Shown in pieces: positions 1 to 11,670 of a stretch of DNA of 64,000 nucleotides. The translations under genes were made by a program, and so were the position numbers. The DNA comes from the human T2T-CHM13v2.0 reference genome, Homo sapiens, in assembly GCF_009914755.1 (NCBI RefSeq), contig NC_060944.1; one strand, 5' to 3'. Under the pieces are notes generated by a model. The model had not been told where the DNA came from, searched no databases, and worked only from the letters and a program-made list of their open reading frames with translations. The number at the start of each line of letters is the position of its first letter. Within the stretch, counting starts at the first letter, position 1.

Positions 1-236
1 ACAGAGCAGGTTTGAAACACTCTTTTTGTAGTGTCTGTAAGTGAACATTTGGATTGCTTTCAGGCCTAAGGTGAAAAAGGAAATATCTTCCCATAAAAAC
101 TAGACAGAAGCATTCTCAGAAACTTGTTTGTGATGTGTGCCCTCTACTGACAGAGTTGAAACTTTCTTTGCAAAGAGCAGTTTTGAAACACTCTTTTTGT
201 AGAATCTGCAAGAGGATATTTGGATAGCTTTGAGGA

Positions 237-253
237 TTTCTTGGGAAACGGGA
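237..253 (+). promoter_or_regulatory. Degenerate CENP-B box of monomer M1 (one per HOR, two in 18-mers)
   Basis: TTTCTTGGGAAACGGGA has TTCT in place of the required TTCG of the consensus NTTCGNNNNANNCGGGN. Confidence 0.9.
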
Positions 254-920
254 ATGTCTTCAGATAAACTCTAGACAGAAGCATTCTCAGAAACTTCTTT
301 GGGATGTTTCAATTGAAGTCACAGTGTTGTACATTCCCTTTCACAGAGCAGGTTTGAAACACTCTTTTTGTAGTGTCTATAAGTGAACATTTGGCGTGCT
401 TTCAGGCCTAACGTGAAAAAGGAAATATCTTCCCATAAAAACTAGACAGAAGCATTCTCAGAAACTTGTTCTTGATGTGTGCCCTCTACTGACAGAGTTG
501 AACCTTTCTTTGCAAAGAGCAGTTTTGAAACACTCTTTTTGTAGAATCTGCAAGAGGATATTTGGATAGCTTTGAGGATTTCTTGGGAAACGGGAATGTC
601 TTCAGATAAACTCTAGACAGAAGCATTCTCAGAAACTTCTTTGGGATGTTTCAATTGAAGTCACAGTGTTGAACATTCCCTTTCACAGAGCAGGTTTGAA
701 ACACTCTTTTTGTAGTGTCTATAAGTGAACATTTGGCGTGCTTTCAGGCCTAACGTGAAAAAGGAAATATCTTCCCATAAAAACTAGACAGAAGCATTCT
801 CAGAAACTTGTTCTTGATGTGTCCCCTCTACTGACAGAGTTGAACCTTTCTTTGCAAAGAGCAGCTTTGAAACACTCTTTTTGTAGAATCTGCAAGAGGA
901 TATTTGGATAGCTTGGAGGA

Positions 921-2976
921 TTTCGTTGGAAACGGGTATGTCTTCAGATAAACTCTAGACAGAAGCATTCTCAGAAACTTCTTTGGGATGTTGCATTCAA
1001 GTCACAGAGTAGAACATTCCCATTCATAGAGCAGATTTGAAACACTCTTTTTGTAGTATCTGGAAGTGGACATTTGGAGCGCTTTCAGGCCTATGTTGAA
1101 AAAGGAAATATCTTCCCATAAAAACTAGACGGAAGCATTCTCAGAAACTTATTTGTGATGTGTTTGCTCAACTAACAGGATTGAACCATCGTTTTGAAGG
1201 AGCAGTTTTGAAACACTGTTTTCGTGGAATCTGCAAGTGGATATTTGGCTAGCTTTGAGGATTTCGTTGGAAACGGGATTACGTATAAAAAGGAGACAGC
1301 AGCATTCTCAGAAACTTCTTTGTGATGTCTGCATTCAATTCACAGAGTTGAGCATTCCCTTTCATAGAGCAGGTTGGAAACACTCTTTTTGTAGTATCTG
1401 GATGAGGACATTTGGAGCGCTTTCAGGCGTATGGTGAAAAAGGAAATATCTTCCCGTAAAAACTAGACAGAAGCATTCTCAGAAGTTTATTTGTGATGTG
1501 TGCCCTCAACTAACAGAGTTGAACCTTTCTTTTGATAGAGCAGTTTTGAAACACTCTTTTTGTAAAATCTGCAAGAGGATATTTGGATAGCTTTGAGGAT
1601 TTCGTTGCAAACGGGAATGGCTTCATATAAACTCTAGACAGAAGCATTCTCAGAAACTTCGTTGGGATGTTTCGATTGAAGTCCCAGTGTTGAACATTCC
1701 CTTTTATAGAGCAGGTTGGAAACACTCTTTCTGCATTCCCTGGAAGTGGACATTTGGAGCGCTTTCAGGACGACGGTGAAAATGGAAATATCTTCCAAGA
1801 AAATCTAGATAGAAGCAACGTCAGAAACTTTTATGTGATGGATCTACTCAGCTAACAGAGTTGAACCTTTCTTTTGAGAGAGCAGTTTTGCAACACTCTT
1901 TTTGTGGAATATGCAAGTGGATATTAGGGCAGCTTTGAGGATTTCGTTGGAAACGGGAATACATGTAAAAAGCAGACAGCAGCATTCTCAGAAACTTCTT
2001 TGTGATGTTTGCATTGAAGTCACAGAGTTGAACATTCCCTTTGAGAGAGCAGGTTTGAAACACGCCTTTTGTCATATCTGGAAGTGTCCATTCGGAGCGC
2101 ATTCAGGCTTGTGTTGAAAAAGGAAATATCCTCCCATAAAAACTAGACAGAAGCATTCTCAGAAACTTATCTGTGATGTATGTACTCAACTAACAGAACT
2201 AAACCATCGTTTTGAAGGAGCAGTTTTGAAACACTCTTTTTGCGGAATCTGCAAGTGGATATTTGGCTAGCTGGGAGGATTTCGTTGGAAACGGGAGTAC
2301 ATACAAAAAGCAGACAGCAGCATTCTCAGAAACTTCTTTGTGATGTTTGCATTCAAGTCACAGAGTTGAACATTCCCTTTCATAGAGCAGGTTTGAAACA
2401 CTCTTTTTGTAGTATCTGGATGTGGACATTTGGATCGCTTTCAGGCCTATGGTGAAAAAGGAAATATCTTCCCATGAAAACTAGACAGAAGCATTCTCAG
2501 AAACTTATTTGTGATGTGTGCCCTCAACTGACAGTGTTGAACCTTTGTTTTGATAGAGCAGTTCTGAAACACACTTTTTGTAAAATCTGCAAGAGGATAT
2601 TTGGATAGCTTTGAGGATTTCGTTGGAAACGGGAATGTCTTCATGTAAACTCTGGACAGAAGCATTCTCAGAAACTGCTTTGGGATGTTTCAATTGAAGT
2701 CCCAGTGTTGAACATTCCCTTTCATAGAGCAGGTTTGAAACACTCTTTTTGTACTATCTGGAAGTGGACATTTGGAGCGCTTTCAGGTCTACGGTGAAAA
2801 AGGAGATATCTTCCAATAAAAACTAGATAGAAGCAATGTCAGAACTTTTTTCATGATGTATCTACTCAGCAAACAGAGTTGAACCTTTCTTTTGAGAGAG
2901 CAGTTTTGAAACACTCTTTTTGTGGAATATGCAAGTGGGTATTAGGCCAGCTTGGAGGATTTCGTTGGAAACGGGA
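921..2976 (+). promoter_or_regulatory. Seven consensus-matching CENP-B boxes per HOR (example set: 921, 1262, 1600, 1942, 2280, 2618, 2960; 17 bp each), repeated every 2719 bp
   Basis: Each matches NTTCGNNNNANNCGGGN (TTTCGTTGGAAACGGGA/T). The box at 1600 is TTTCGTTGCAAACGGGA, altered only at a non-core position. Spacing is ~340 bp, i.e. every second monomer. Confidence 0.95.
2447..2463 (-). promoter_or_regulatory. pJ-alpha box in A-type monomer M12 (example; variants lie in the other even monomers)
   Basis: The + strand reads CTATGGTGAAAAAGGAA. Its reverse complement TTCCTTTTTCACCATAG matches the pJ-alpha motif TTCCTTTTYCACCRTAG at the position that the CENP-B box occupies in B monomers. Confidence 0.8.
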
Positions 2977-3171
2977 ATACGTATAAAAAGCAGACAGCAG
3001 CATTGTCAGAAACTACTTTGTGATGTTTGCATTCAAGTCACAGAATTGAACACTCCCTTTCACAGAGCAGGTTTGAAACACTCTTTTTGTAGTGTCTGTA
3101 AGTGAACATTTGGATTGCTTTCAGGCCTAAGGTGAAAAAGGAAATATCTTCCCATAAAAACTAGATAGAAG

Positions 3172-5890
3172 CATTCTCAGAAACTTGTTTGTGATGTGTG
3201 CCCTCTACTGACAGAGTTGAACCTTTCTTTGCAAAGAGCAGTTTTGAAACACTCTTTTTGTAGAATCTGCAAGAGGATATTTGGATAGCTTTGAGGATTT
3301 CTTGGGAAACGGGAATGTCTTCAGATAAACTCTAGACAGAAGCATTCTCAGAAACTTCTTTGGGATGTTTCAATTGAAGTCACAGTGTTGAACATTCCCT
3401 TTCACAGAGCAGGTTTGAAACACTCTTTTTGTAGTGTCTATAAGTGAACATTTGGCGTGCTTTCAGGCCTAACGTGAAAAAGGAAATATCTTCCCATAAA
3501 AACTAGACAGAAGCATTCTCAGAAACTTGTTCTTGATGTGTCCCCTCTACTGACAGAGTTGAACCTTTCTTTGCAAAGAGCAGCTTTGAAACACTCTTTT
3601 TGTAGAATCTGCAAGAGGATATTTGGATAGCTTGGAGGATTTCGTTGGAAACGGGTATGTCTTCAGATAAACTCTAGACAGAAGCATTCTCAGAAACTTC
3701 TTTGGGATGTTGCATTCAAGTCACAGAGTAGAACATTCCCATTCATAGAGCAGATTTGAAACACTCTTTTTGTAGTATCTGGAAGTGGACATTTGGAGCG
3801 CTTTCAGGCCTATGTTGAAAAAGGAAATATCTTCCCATAAAAACTAGACGGAAGCATTCTCAGAAACTTATTTGTGATGTGTTTGCTCAACTAACAGGAT
3901 TGAACCATCGTTTTGAAGGAGCAGTTTTGAAACACTGTTTTCGTGGAATCTGCAAGTGGATATTTGGCTAGCTTTGAGGATTTCGTTGGAAACGGGATTA
4001 CATATAAAAAGGAGACAGCAGCATTCTCAGAAACTTCTTTGTGATGTCTGCATTCAATTCACAGAGTTGAGCATTCCCTTTCATAGAGCAGGTTGGAAAC
4101 ACTCTTTTTGTAGTATCTGGATGAGGACATTTGGAGCGCTTTCAGGCGTATGGTGAAACAGGAAATATCTTCCCGTAAAAACTAGACAGAAGCATTCTCA
4201 GAAGTTTATTTGTGATGTGTGCCCTCAACTAACAGAGTTGAACCTTTCTTTTGATAGAGCAGTTTTGAAACACTCTTTTTGTAAAATCTGCAAGAGGATA
4301 TTTGGATAGCTTTGAGGATTTCGTTGCAAACGGGAATGGCTTCATATAAACTCTAGACAGAAGCATTCTCAGAAACTTCGTTGGGATGTTTCGATTGAAG
4401 TCCCAGTGTTGAACATTCCCTTTTATAGAGCAGGTTGGAAACACTCTTTCTGCATTCCCTGGAAGTGGACATTTGGAGCGCTTTCAGGACGACGGTGAAA
4501 ATGGAAATATCTTCCAAGAAAATCTAGATAGAAGCAACGTCAGAAACTTTTATGTGATGGATCTACTCAGCTAACAGAGTTGAACCTTTCTTTTGAGAGA
4601 GCAGTTTTGCAACACTCTTTTTGTGGAATATGCAAGTGGATATTAGGGCAGCTTTGAGGATTTCGTTGGAAACGGGAATACATGTAAAAAGCAGACAGCA
4701 GCATTCTCAGAAACTTCTTTGTGATGTTTGCATTGAAGTCACAGAGTTGAACATTCCCTTTGAGAGAGCAGGTTTGAAACACGCCTTTTGTCATATCTGG
4801 AAGTGTCCATTCGGAGCGCATTCAGGCTTGTGTTGAAAAAGGAAATATCCTCCCATAAAAACTAGACAGAAGCATTCTCAGAAACTTATCTGTGATGTAT
4901 GTACTCAACTAACAGAACTAAACCATCGTTTTGAAGGAGCAGTTTTGAAACACTCTTTTTGCGGAATCTGCAAGTGGATATTTGGCTAGCTGGGAGGATT
5001 TCGTTGGAAACGGGAGTACATACAAAAAGCAGAGAGCAGCATTCTCAGAAACTTCTTTGTGATGTTTGCATTCAAGTCACAGAGTTGAACATTCCCTTTC
5101 ATAGAGCAGGTTTGAAACACTCTTTTTGTAGTATCTGGATGTGGACATTTGGATCGCTTTCAGGCCTATGGTGAAAAAGGAAATATCTTCCCATGAAAAC
5201 TAGACAGAAGCATTCTCAGAAACTTATTTGTGATGTGTGCCCTCAACTGACAGTGTTGAACCTTTGTTTTGATAGAGCAGTTCTGAAACACACTTTTTGT
5301 AAAATCTGCAAGAGGATATTTGGATAGCTTTGAGGATTTCGTTGGAAACGGGAATGTCTTCATGTAAACTCTGGACAGAAGCATTCTCAGAAACTGCTTT
5401 GGGATGTTTCAATTGAAGTCCCAGTGTTGAACATTCCCTTTCATAGAGCAGGTTTGAAACACTCTTTTTGTACTATCTGGAAGTGGACATTTGGAGCGCT
5501 TTCAGGTCTACGGTGAAAAAGGAGATATCTTCCAATAAAAACTAGATAGAAGCAATGTCAGAACTTTTTTCATGATGTATCTACTCAGCAAACAGAGTTG
5601 AACCTTTCTTTTGAGAGAGCAGTTTTGAAACACTCTTTTTGTGGAATATGCAAGTGGGTATTAGGCCAGCTTGGAGGATTTCGTTGGAAACGGGAATACG
5701 TATAAAAAGCAGACAGCAGCATTGTCAGAAACTACTTTGTGATGTTTGCATTCAAGTCACAGAATTGAACACTCCCTTTCACAGAGCAGGTTTGAAACAC
5801 TCTTTTTGTAGTGTCTGTAAGTGAACATTTGGATTGCTTTCAGGCCTAAGGTGAAAAAGGAAATATCTTCCCATAAAAACTAGATAGAAG
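3172..5890 (+). repeat. Canonical 16-mer HOR unit (2719 bp), reference copy
   Basis: Monomer starts at 3172, 3343, 3514, 3685, 3855, 4022, 4193, 4364, 4535, 4702, 4873, 5040, 5211, 5382, 5553 and 5720; the next unit starts at 5891. Lengths are 11x171, 1x170 and 4x167, totalling 2719. Confidence 0.96.
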
Positions 5891-8609
5891 CATTCTCAGA
5901 AACTTGTTTGTGATGTGTGCCCTCTACTGACAGAGTTGAACCTTTCTTTGCAAAGAGCAGTTTTGAAACACTCTTTTTGTAGAATCTGCAAGAGGATATT
6001 TGGATAGCTTTGAGGATTTCTTGGGAAACGGGAATGTCTTCAGATAAGCTCTAGACAGAAGCATTCTCAGAAACTTCTTTGGGATGTTTCAATTGAAGTC
6101 ACAGTGTTGAACATTCCCTTTCACAGAGCAGGTTTGAAACACTCTTTTTGTAGTGTCTATAAGTGAACATTTGGCGTGCTTTCAGGCCTAACGTGAAAAA
6201 GGAAATATCTTCCCATAAAAACTAGACAGAAGCATTCTCAGAAACTTGTTCTTGATGTGTCCCCTCTACTGACAGAGTTGAACCTTTCTTTGCAAAGAGC
6301 AGCTTTGAAACACTCTTTTTGTAGAATCTGCAAGAGGATATTTGGATAGCTTGGAGGATTTCGTTGGAAACGGGTATGTCTTCAGATAAACTCTAGACAG
6401 AAGCATTCTCAGAAACTTCTTTGGGATGTTGCATTCAAGTCACAGAGTAGAACATTCCCATTCATAGAGCAGATTTGAAACACTCTTTTTGTAGTATCTG
6501 GAAGTGGACATTTGGAGCGCTTTCAGGCCTATGTTGAAAAAGGAAATATCTTCCCATAAAAACTAGACGGAAGCATTCTCAGAAACTTATTTGTGATGTG
6601 TTTGCTCAACTAACAGGATTGAACCATCGTTTTGAAGGAGCAGTTTTGAAACACTGTTTTCGTGGAATCTGCAAGTGGATATTTGGCTAGCTTTGAGGAT
6701 TTCGTTGGAAACGGGATTACATATAAAAAGGAGACAGCAGCATTCTCAGAAACTTCTTTGTGATGTCTGCATTCAATTCACAGAGTTGAGCATTCCCTTT
6801 CATAGAGCAGGTTGGAAACACTCTTTTTGTAGTATCTGGATGAGGACATTTGGAGCGCTTTCAGGCGTATGGTGAAAAAGGAAATATCTTCCCGTAAAAA
6901 CTAGACAGAAGCATTCTCAGAAGTTTATTTGTGATGTGTGCCCTCAACTAACAGAGTTGAACCTTTCTTTTGATAGAGCAGTTTTGAAACACTCTTTTTG
7001 TAAAATCTGCAAGAGGATATTTGGATAGCTTTGAGGATTTCGTTGCAAACGGGAATGGCTTCATATAAACTCTAGACAGAAGCATTCTCAGAAACTTCGT
7101 TGGGATGTTTCGATTGAAGTCCCAGTGTTGAACATTCCCTTTTATAGAGCAGGTTGGAAACACTCTTTCTGCATTCCCTGGAAGTGGACATTTGGAGCGC
7201 TTTCAGGACGACGGTGAAAATGGAAATATCTTCCAAGAAAATCTAGATAGAAGCAACGTCAGAAACTTTTATGTGATGGATCTACTCAGCTAACAGAGTT
7301 GAACCTTTCTTTTGAGAGAGCAGTTTTGCAACACTCTTTTTGTGGAATATGCAAGTGGATATTAGGGCAGCTTTGAGGATTTCGTTGGAAACGGGAATAC
7401 ATGTAAAAAGCAGACAGCAGCATTCTCAGAAACTTCTTTGTGATGTTTGCATTGAAGTCACAGAGTTGAACATTCCCTTTGAGAGAGCAGGTTTGAAACA
7501 CGCCTTTTGTCATATCTGGAAGTGTCCATTCGGAGCGCATTCAGGCTTGTGTTGAAAAAGGAAATATCCTCCCATAAAAACTAGACAGAAGCATTCTCAG
7601 AAACTTATCTGTGATGTATGTACTCAACTAACAGAACTAAACCATCGTTTTGAAGGAGCAGTTTTGAAACACTCTTTTTGCGGAATCTGCAAGTGGATAT
7701 TTGGCTAGCTGGGAGGATTTCGTTGGAAACGGGATTACATACAAAAAGCAGACAGCAGCATTCTCAGAAACTTCTTTGTGATGTTTGCATTCAAGTCACA
7801 GAGTTGAACATTCCCTTTCATAGAGCAGGTTTGAAACACTCTTTTTGTAGTATCTGGATGTGGACATTTGGATCGCTTTCAGGCCTATGGTGAAAAAGGA
7901 AATATCTTCCCATGAAAACTAGACAGAAGCATTCTCAGAAACTTATTTGTGATGTGTGCCCTCAACTGACAGTGTTGAACCTTTGTTTTGATAGAGCAGT
8001 TCTGAAACACACTTTTTGTAAAATCTGCAAGAGGATATTTGGATAGCTTTGAGGATTTCGTTGGAAACGGGAATGTCTTCATGTAAACTCTAGACAGAAG
8101 CATTCTCAGAAACTGCTTTGGGATGTTTCAATTGAAGTCCCAGTGTTGAACATTCCCTTTCATAGAGCAGGTTTGAAACACTCTTTTTGTACTATCTGGA
8201 AGTGGACATTTGGAGCGCTTTCAGGTCTACGGTGAAAAAGGAGATATCTTCCAATAAAAACTAGATAGAAGCAATGTCAGAACTTTTTTCATGATGTATC
8301 TACTCAGCAAACAGAGTTGAACCTTTCTTTTGAGAGAGCAGTTTTGAAACACTCTTTCTGTGGAATATGCAAGTGGGTATTAGGCCAGCTTGGAGGATTT
8401 CGTTGGAAACGGGAATACGTATAAAAAGCAGACAGCAGCATTGTCAGAAACTACTTTGTGATGTTTGCATTCAAGTCACAGAATTGAACACTCCCTTTCA
8501 CAGAGCAGGTTTGAAACACTCTTTTTGTAGTGTCTGTAAGTGAACATTTGGATTGCTTTCAGGCCTAAGGTGAAAAAGGAAATATCTTCCCATAAAAACT
8601 AGACAGAAG
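5891..8609 (+). repeat. Canonical 16-mer HOR unit
   Basis: Exactly 2719 bp offset from the previous unit (ORF 3956 to 6675). Confidence 0.95.
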
Positions 8610-11600
8610 CATTCTCAGAAACTTGTTTGTGATGTGTGCCCTCTACTGACAGAGTTGAACCTTTCTTTGCAAAGAGCAGTTTTGAAACACTCTTTTTGTA
8701 GAATCTGCAAGAGGATATTTGGATAGTTTTGAGGATTTCTTGGGAAACGGGAATGTCTTCAGATAAACTCTAGACAGAAGCATTCTCAGAAACTTCTTTG
8801 GGATGTTTCAATTGAAGTCACAGTGTTGTACATTCCCTTTCACAGAGCAGGTTTGAAACACTCTTTTTGTAGTGTCTATAAGTGAACATTTGGCGTGCTT
8901 TCAGGCCTAACGTGAAAAAGGAAATATCTTCCCATAAAAACTAGACAGAAGCATTCTCAGAAACTTGTTTGTGATGTGTGCCCTCTACTGACAGAGTTGA
9001 ACCTTTCTTTGCAAAGAGCAGTTTTGAAACACTCTTTTTGTAGAATCTGCAAGAGGATATTTGGATAGCTTTGAGGATTTCTTGGGAAACGGGAATGTCT
9101 TCAGATAAGCTCTAGACAGAAGCATTCTCAGAAACTTCTTTGGGATGTTTCAATTGAAGTCACAGTGTTGAACATTCCCTTTCACAGAGCAGGTTTGAAA
9201 CACTCTTTTTGTAGTGTCTATAAGTGAACATTTGGCGTGCTTTCAGGCCTAACGTGAAAAAGGAAATATCTTCCCATAAAAACTAGACAGAAGCATTCTC
9301 AGAAACTTGTTCTTGATGTGTCCCCTCTACTGACAGAGTTGAACCTTTCTTTGCAAAGAGCAGCTTTGAAACACTCTTTTTGTAGAATCTGCAAGAGGAT
9401 ATTTGGATAGCTTGGAGGATTTCGTTGGAAACGGGTATGTCTTCAGATAAACTCTAGACAGAAGCATTCTCAGAAACTTCTTTGGGATGTTGCATTCAAG
9501 TCACAGAGTAGAACATTCCCATTCATAGAGCAGATTTGAAACACTCTTTTTGTAGTATCTGGAAGTGGACATTTGGAGCGCTTTCAGGCCTATGTTGAAA
9601 AAGGAAATATCTTCCCATAAAAACTAGACGGAAGCATTCTCAGAAACTTATTTGTGATGTGTTTGCTCAACTAACAGGATTGAACCATCGTTTTGAAGGA
9701 GCAGTTTTGAAACACTGTTTTCGTGGAATCTGCAAGTGGATATTTGGCTAGCTTTGAGGATTTCGTTGGAAACGGGATTACATATAAAAAGGAGACAGCA
9801 GCATTCTCAGAAACTTCTTTGTGATGTCTGCATTCAATTCACAGAGTTGAGCATTCCCTTTCATAGAGCAGGTTGGAAACACTCTTTTTGTAGTATCTGG
9901 ATGAGGACATTTGGAGCGCTTTCAGGCGTATGGTGAAAAAGGAAATATCTTCCCGTAAAAACTAGACAGAAGCATTCTCAGAAGTTTATTTGTGATGTGT
10001 GCCCTCAACTAACAGAGTTGAACCTTTCTTTTGATAGAGCAGTTTTGAAACACTCTTTTTGTAAAATCTGCAAGAGGATATTTGGATAGCTTTGAGGATT
10101 TCGTTGCAAACGGGAATGGCTTCATATAAACTCTAGACAGAAGCATTCTCAGAAACTTCGTTGGGATGTTTCGATTGAAGTCCCAGTGTTGAACATTCCC
10201 TTTTATAGAGCAGGTTGGAAACACTCTTTCTGCATTCCCTGGAAGTGGACATTTGGAGCGCTTTCAGGACGACGGTGAAAATGGAAATATCTTCCAAGAA
10301 AATCTAGATAGAAGCAACGTCAGAAACTTTTATGTGATGGATCTACTCAGCTAACAGAGTTGAACCTTTCTTTTGAGAGAGCAGTTTTGCAACACTCTTT
10401 TTGTGGAATATGCAAGTGGATATTAGGGCAGCTTTGAGGATTTCGTTGGAAACGGGAATACATGTAAAAAGCAGACAGCAGCATTCTCAGAAACTTCTTT
10501 GTGATGTTTGCATTGAAGTCACAGAGTTGAACATTCCCTTTGAGAGAGCAGGTTTGAAACACGCCTTTTGTCATATCTGGAAGTGTCCATTCGGAGCGCA
10601 TTCAGGCTTGTGTTGAAAAAGGAAATATCCTCCCATAAAAACTAGACAGAAGCATTCTCAGAAACTTATCTGTGATGTATGTACTCAACTAACAGAACTA
10701 AACCATCGTTTTGAAGGAGCAGTTTTGAAACACTCTTTTTGCGGAATCTGCAAGTGGATATTTGGCTAGCTGGGAGGATTTCGTTGGAAACGGGAGTACA
10801 TACAAAAAGCAGAGAGCAGCATTCTCAGAAACTTCTTTGTGATGTTTGCATTCAAGTCACAGAGTTGAACATTCCCTTTCATAGAGCAGGTTTGAAACAC
10901 TCTTTTTGTAGTATCTGGATGTGGACATTTGGATCGCTTTCAGGCCTATGGTGAAAAAGGAAATATCTTCCCATGAAAACTAGACAGAAGCATTCTCAGA
11001 AACTTATTTGTGATGTGTGCCCTCAACTGACAGTGTTGAACCTTTGTTTTGATAGAGCAGTTCTGAAACACACTTTTTGTAAAATCTGCAAGAGGATATT
11101 TGGATAGCTTTGAGGATTTCGTTGGAAACGGGAATGTCTTCATGTAAACTCTGGACAGAAGCATTCTCAGAAACTGCTTTGGGATGTTTCAATTGAAGTC
11201 CCAGTGTTGAACATTCCCTTTCATAGAGCAGGTTTGAAACACTCTTTTTGTACTATCTGGAAGTGGACATTTGGAGCGCTTTCAGGTCTACGGTGAAAAA
11301 GGAGATATCTTCCAATAAAAACTAGATAGAAGCAATGTCAGAACTTTTTTCATGATGTATCTACTCAGCAAACAGAGTTGAACCTTTCTTTTGAGAGAGC
11401 AGTTTTGAAACACTCTTTTTGTGGAATATGCACGTGGGTATTAGGCCAGCTTGGAGGATTTCGTTGGAAACGGGAATACGTATAAAAAGCAGACAGCAGC
11501 ATTGTCAGAAACTACTTTGTGATGTTTGCATTCAAGTCACAGAATTGAACACTCCCTTTCACAGAGCAGGTTTGAAACACTCTTTTTGTAGTGTCTGTAA

Positions 11601-11670
11601 GTGAACATTTGGATTGCTTTCAGGCCTAAGGTGAAAAAGGAAATATCTTCCCATAAAAACTAGACAGAAG
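8610..11670 (+). repeat. Variant HOR, 18-mer (3061 bp): extra 342-bp M1-M2 dimer
   Basis: The ORF period jumps from 6675 to 9736 (3061 = 2719+342). The M1-M2 dimer is present at 8610 and again at 8952. Confidence 0.95.

Larger units (their letters stand above)
111..3171 (+). repeat. Variant HOR, 18-mer (3061 bp): extra 342-bp M1-M2 dimer
   Basis: The dimer with the degenerate box TTTCTTGGGAAACGGGA and GTCTATAAGTGAACATTTGGCGTG occurs twice (starting at 111 and 453) before the M3-type monomer. Confidence 0.93.

Noticed and set aside
1600-1616. M7 box TTTCGTTGCAAACGGGA as a defective CENP-B box
   Set aside because: The G>C change falls at a non-core (N) position and all nine core bases are retained.
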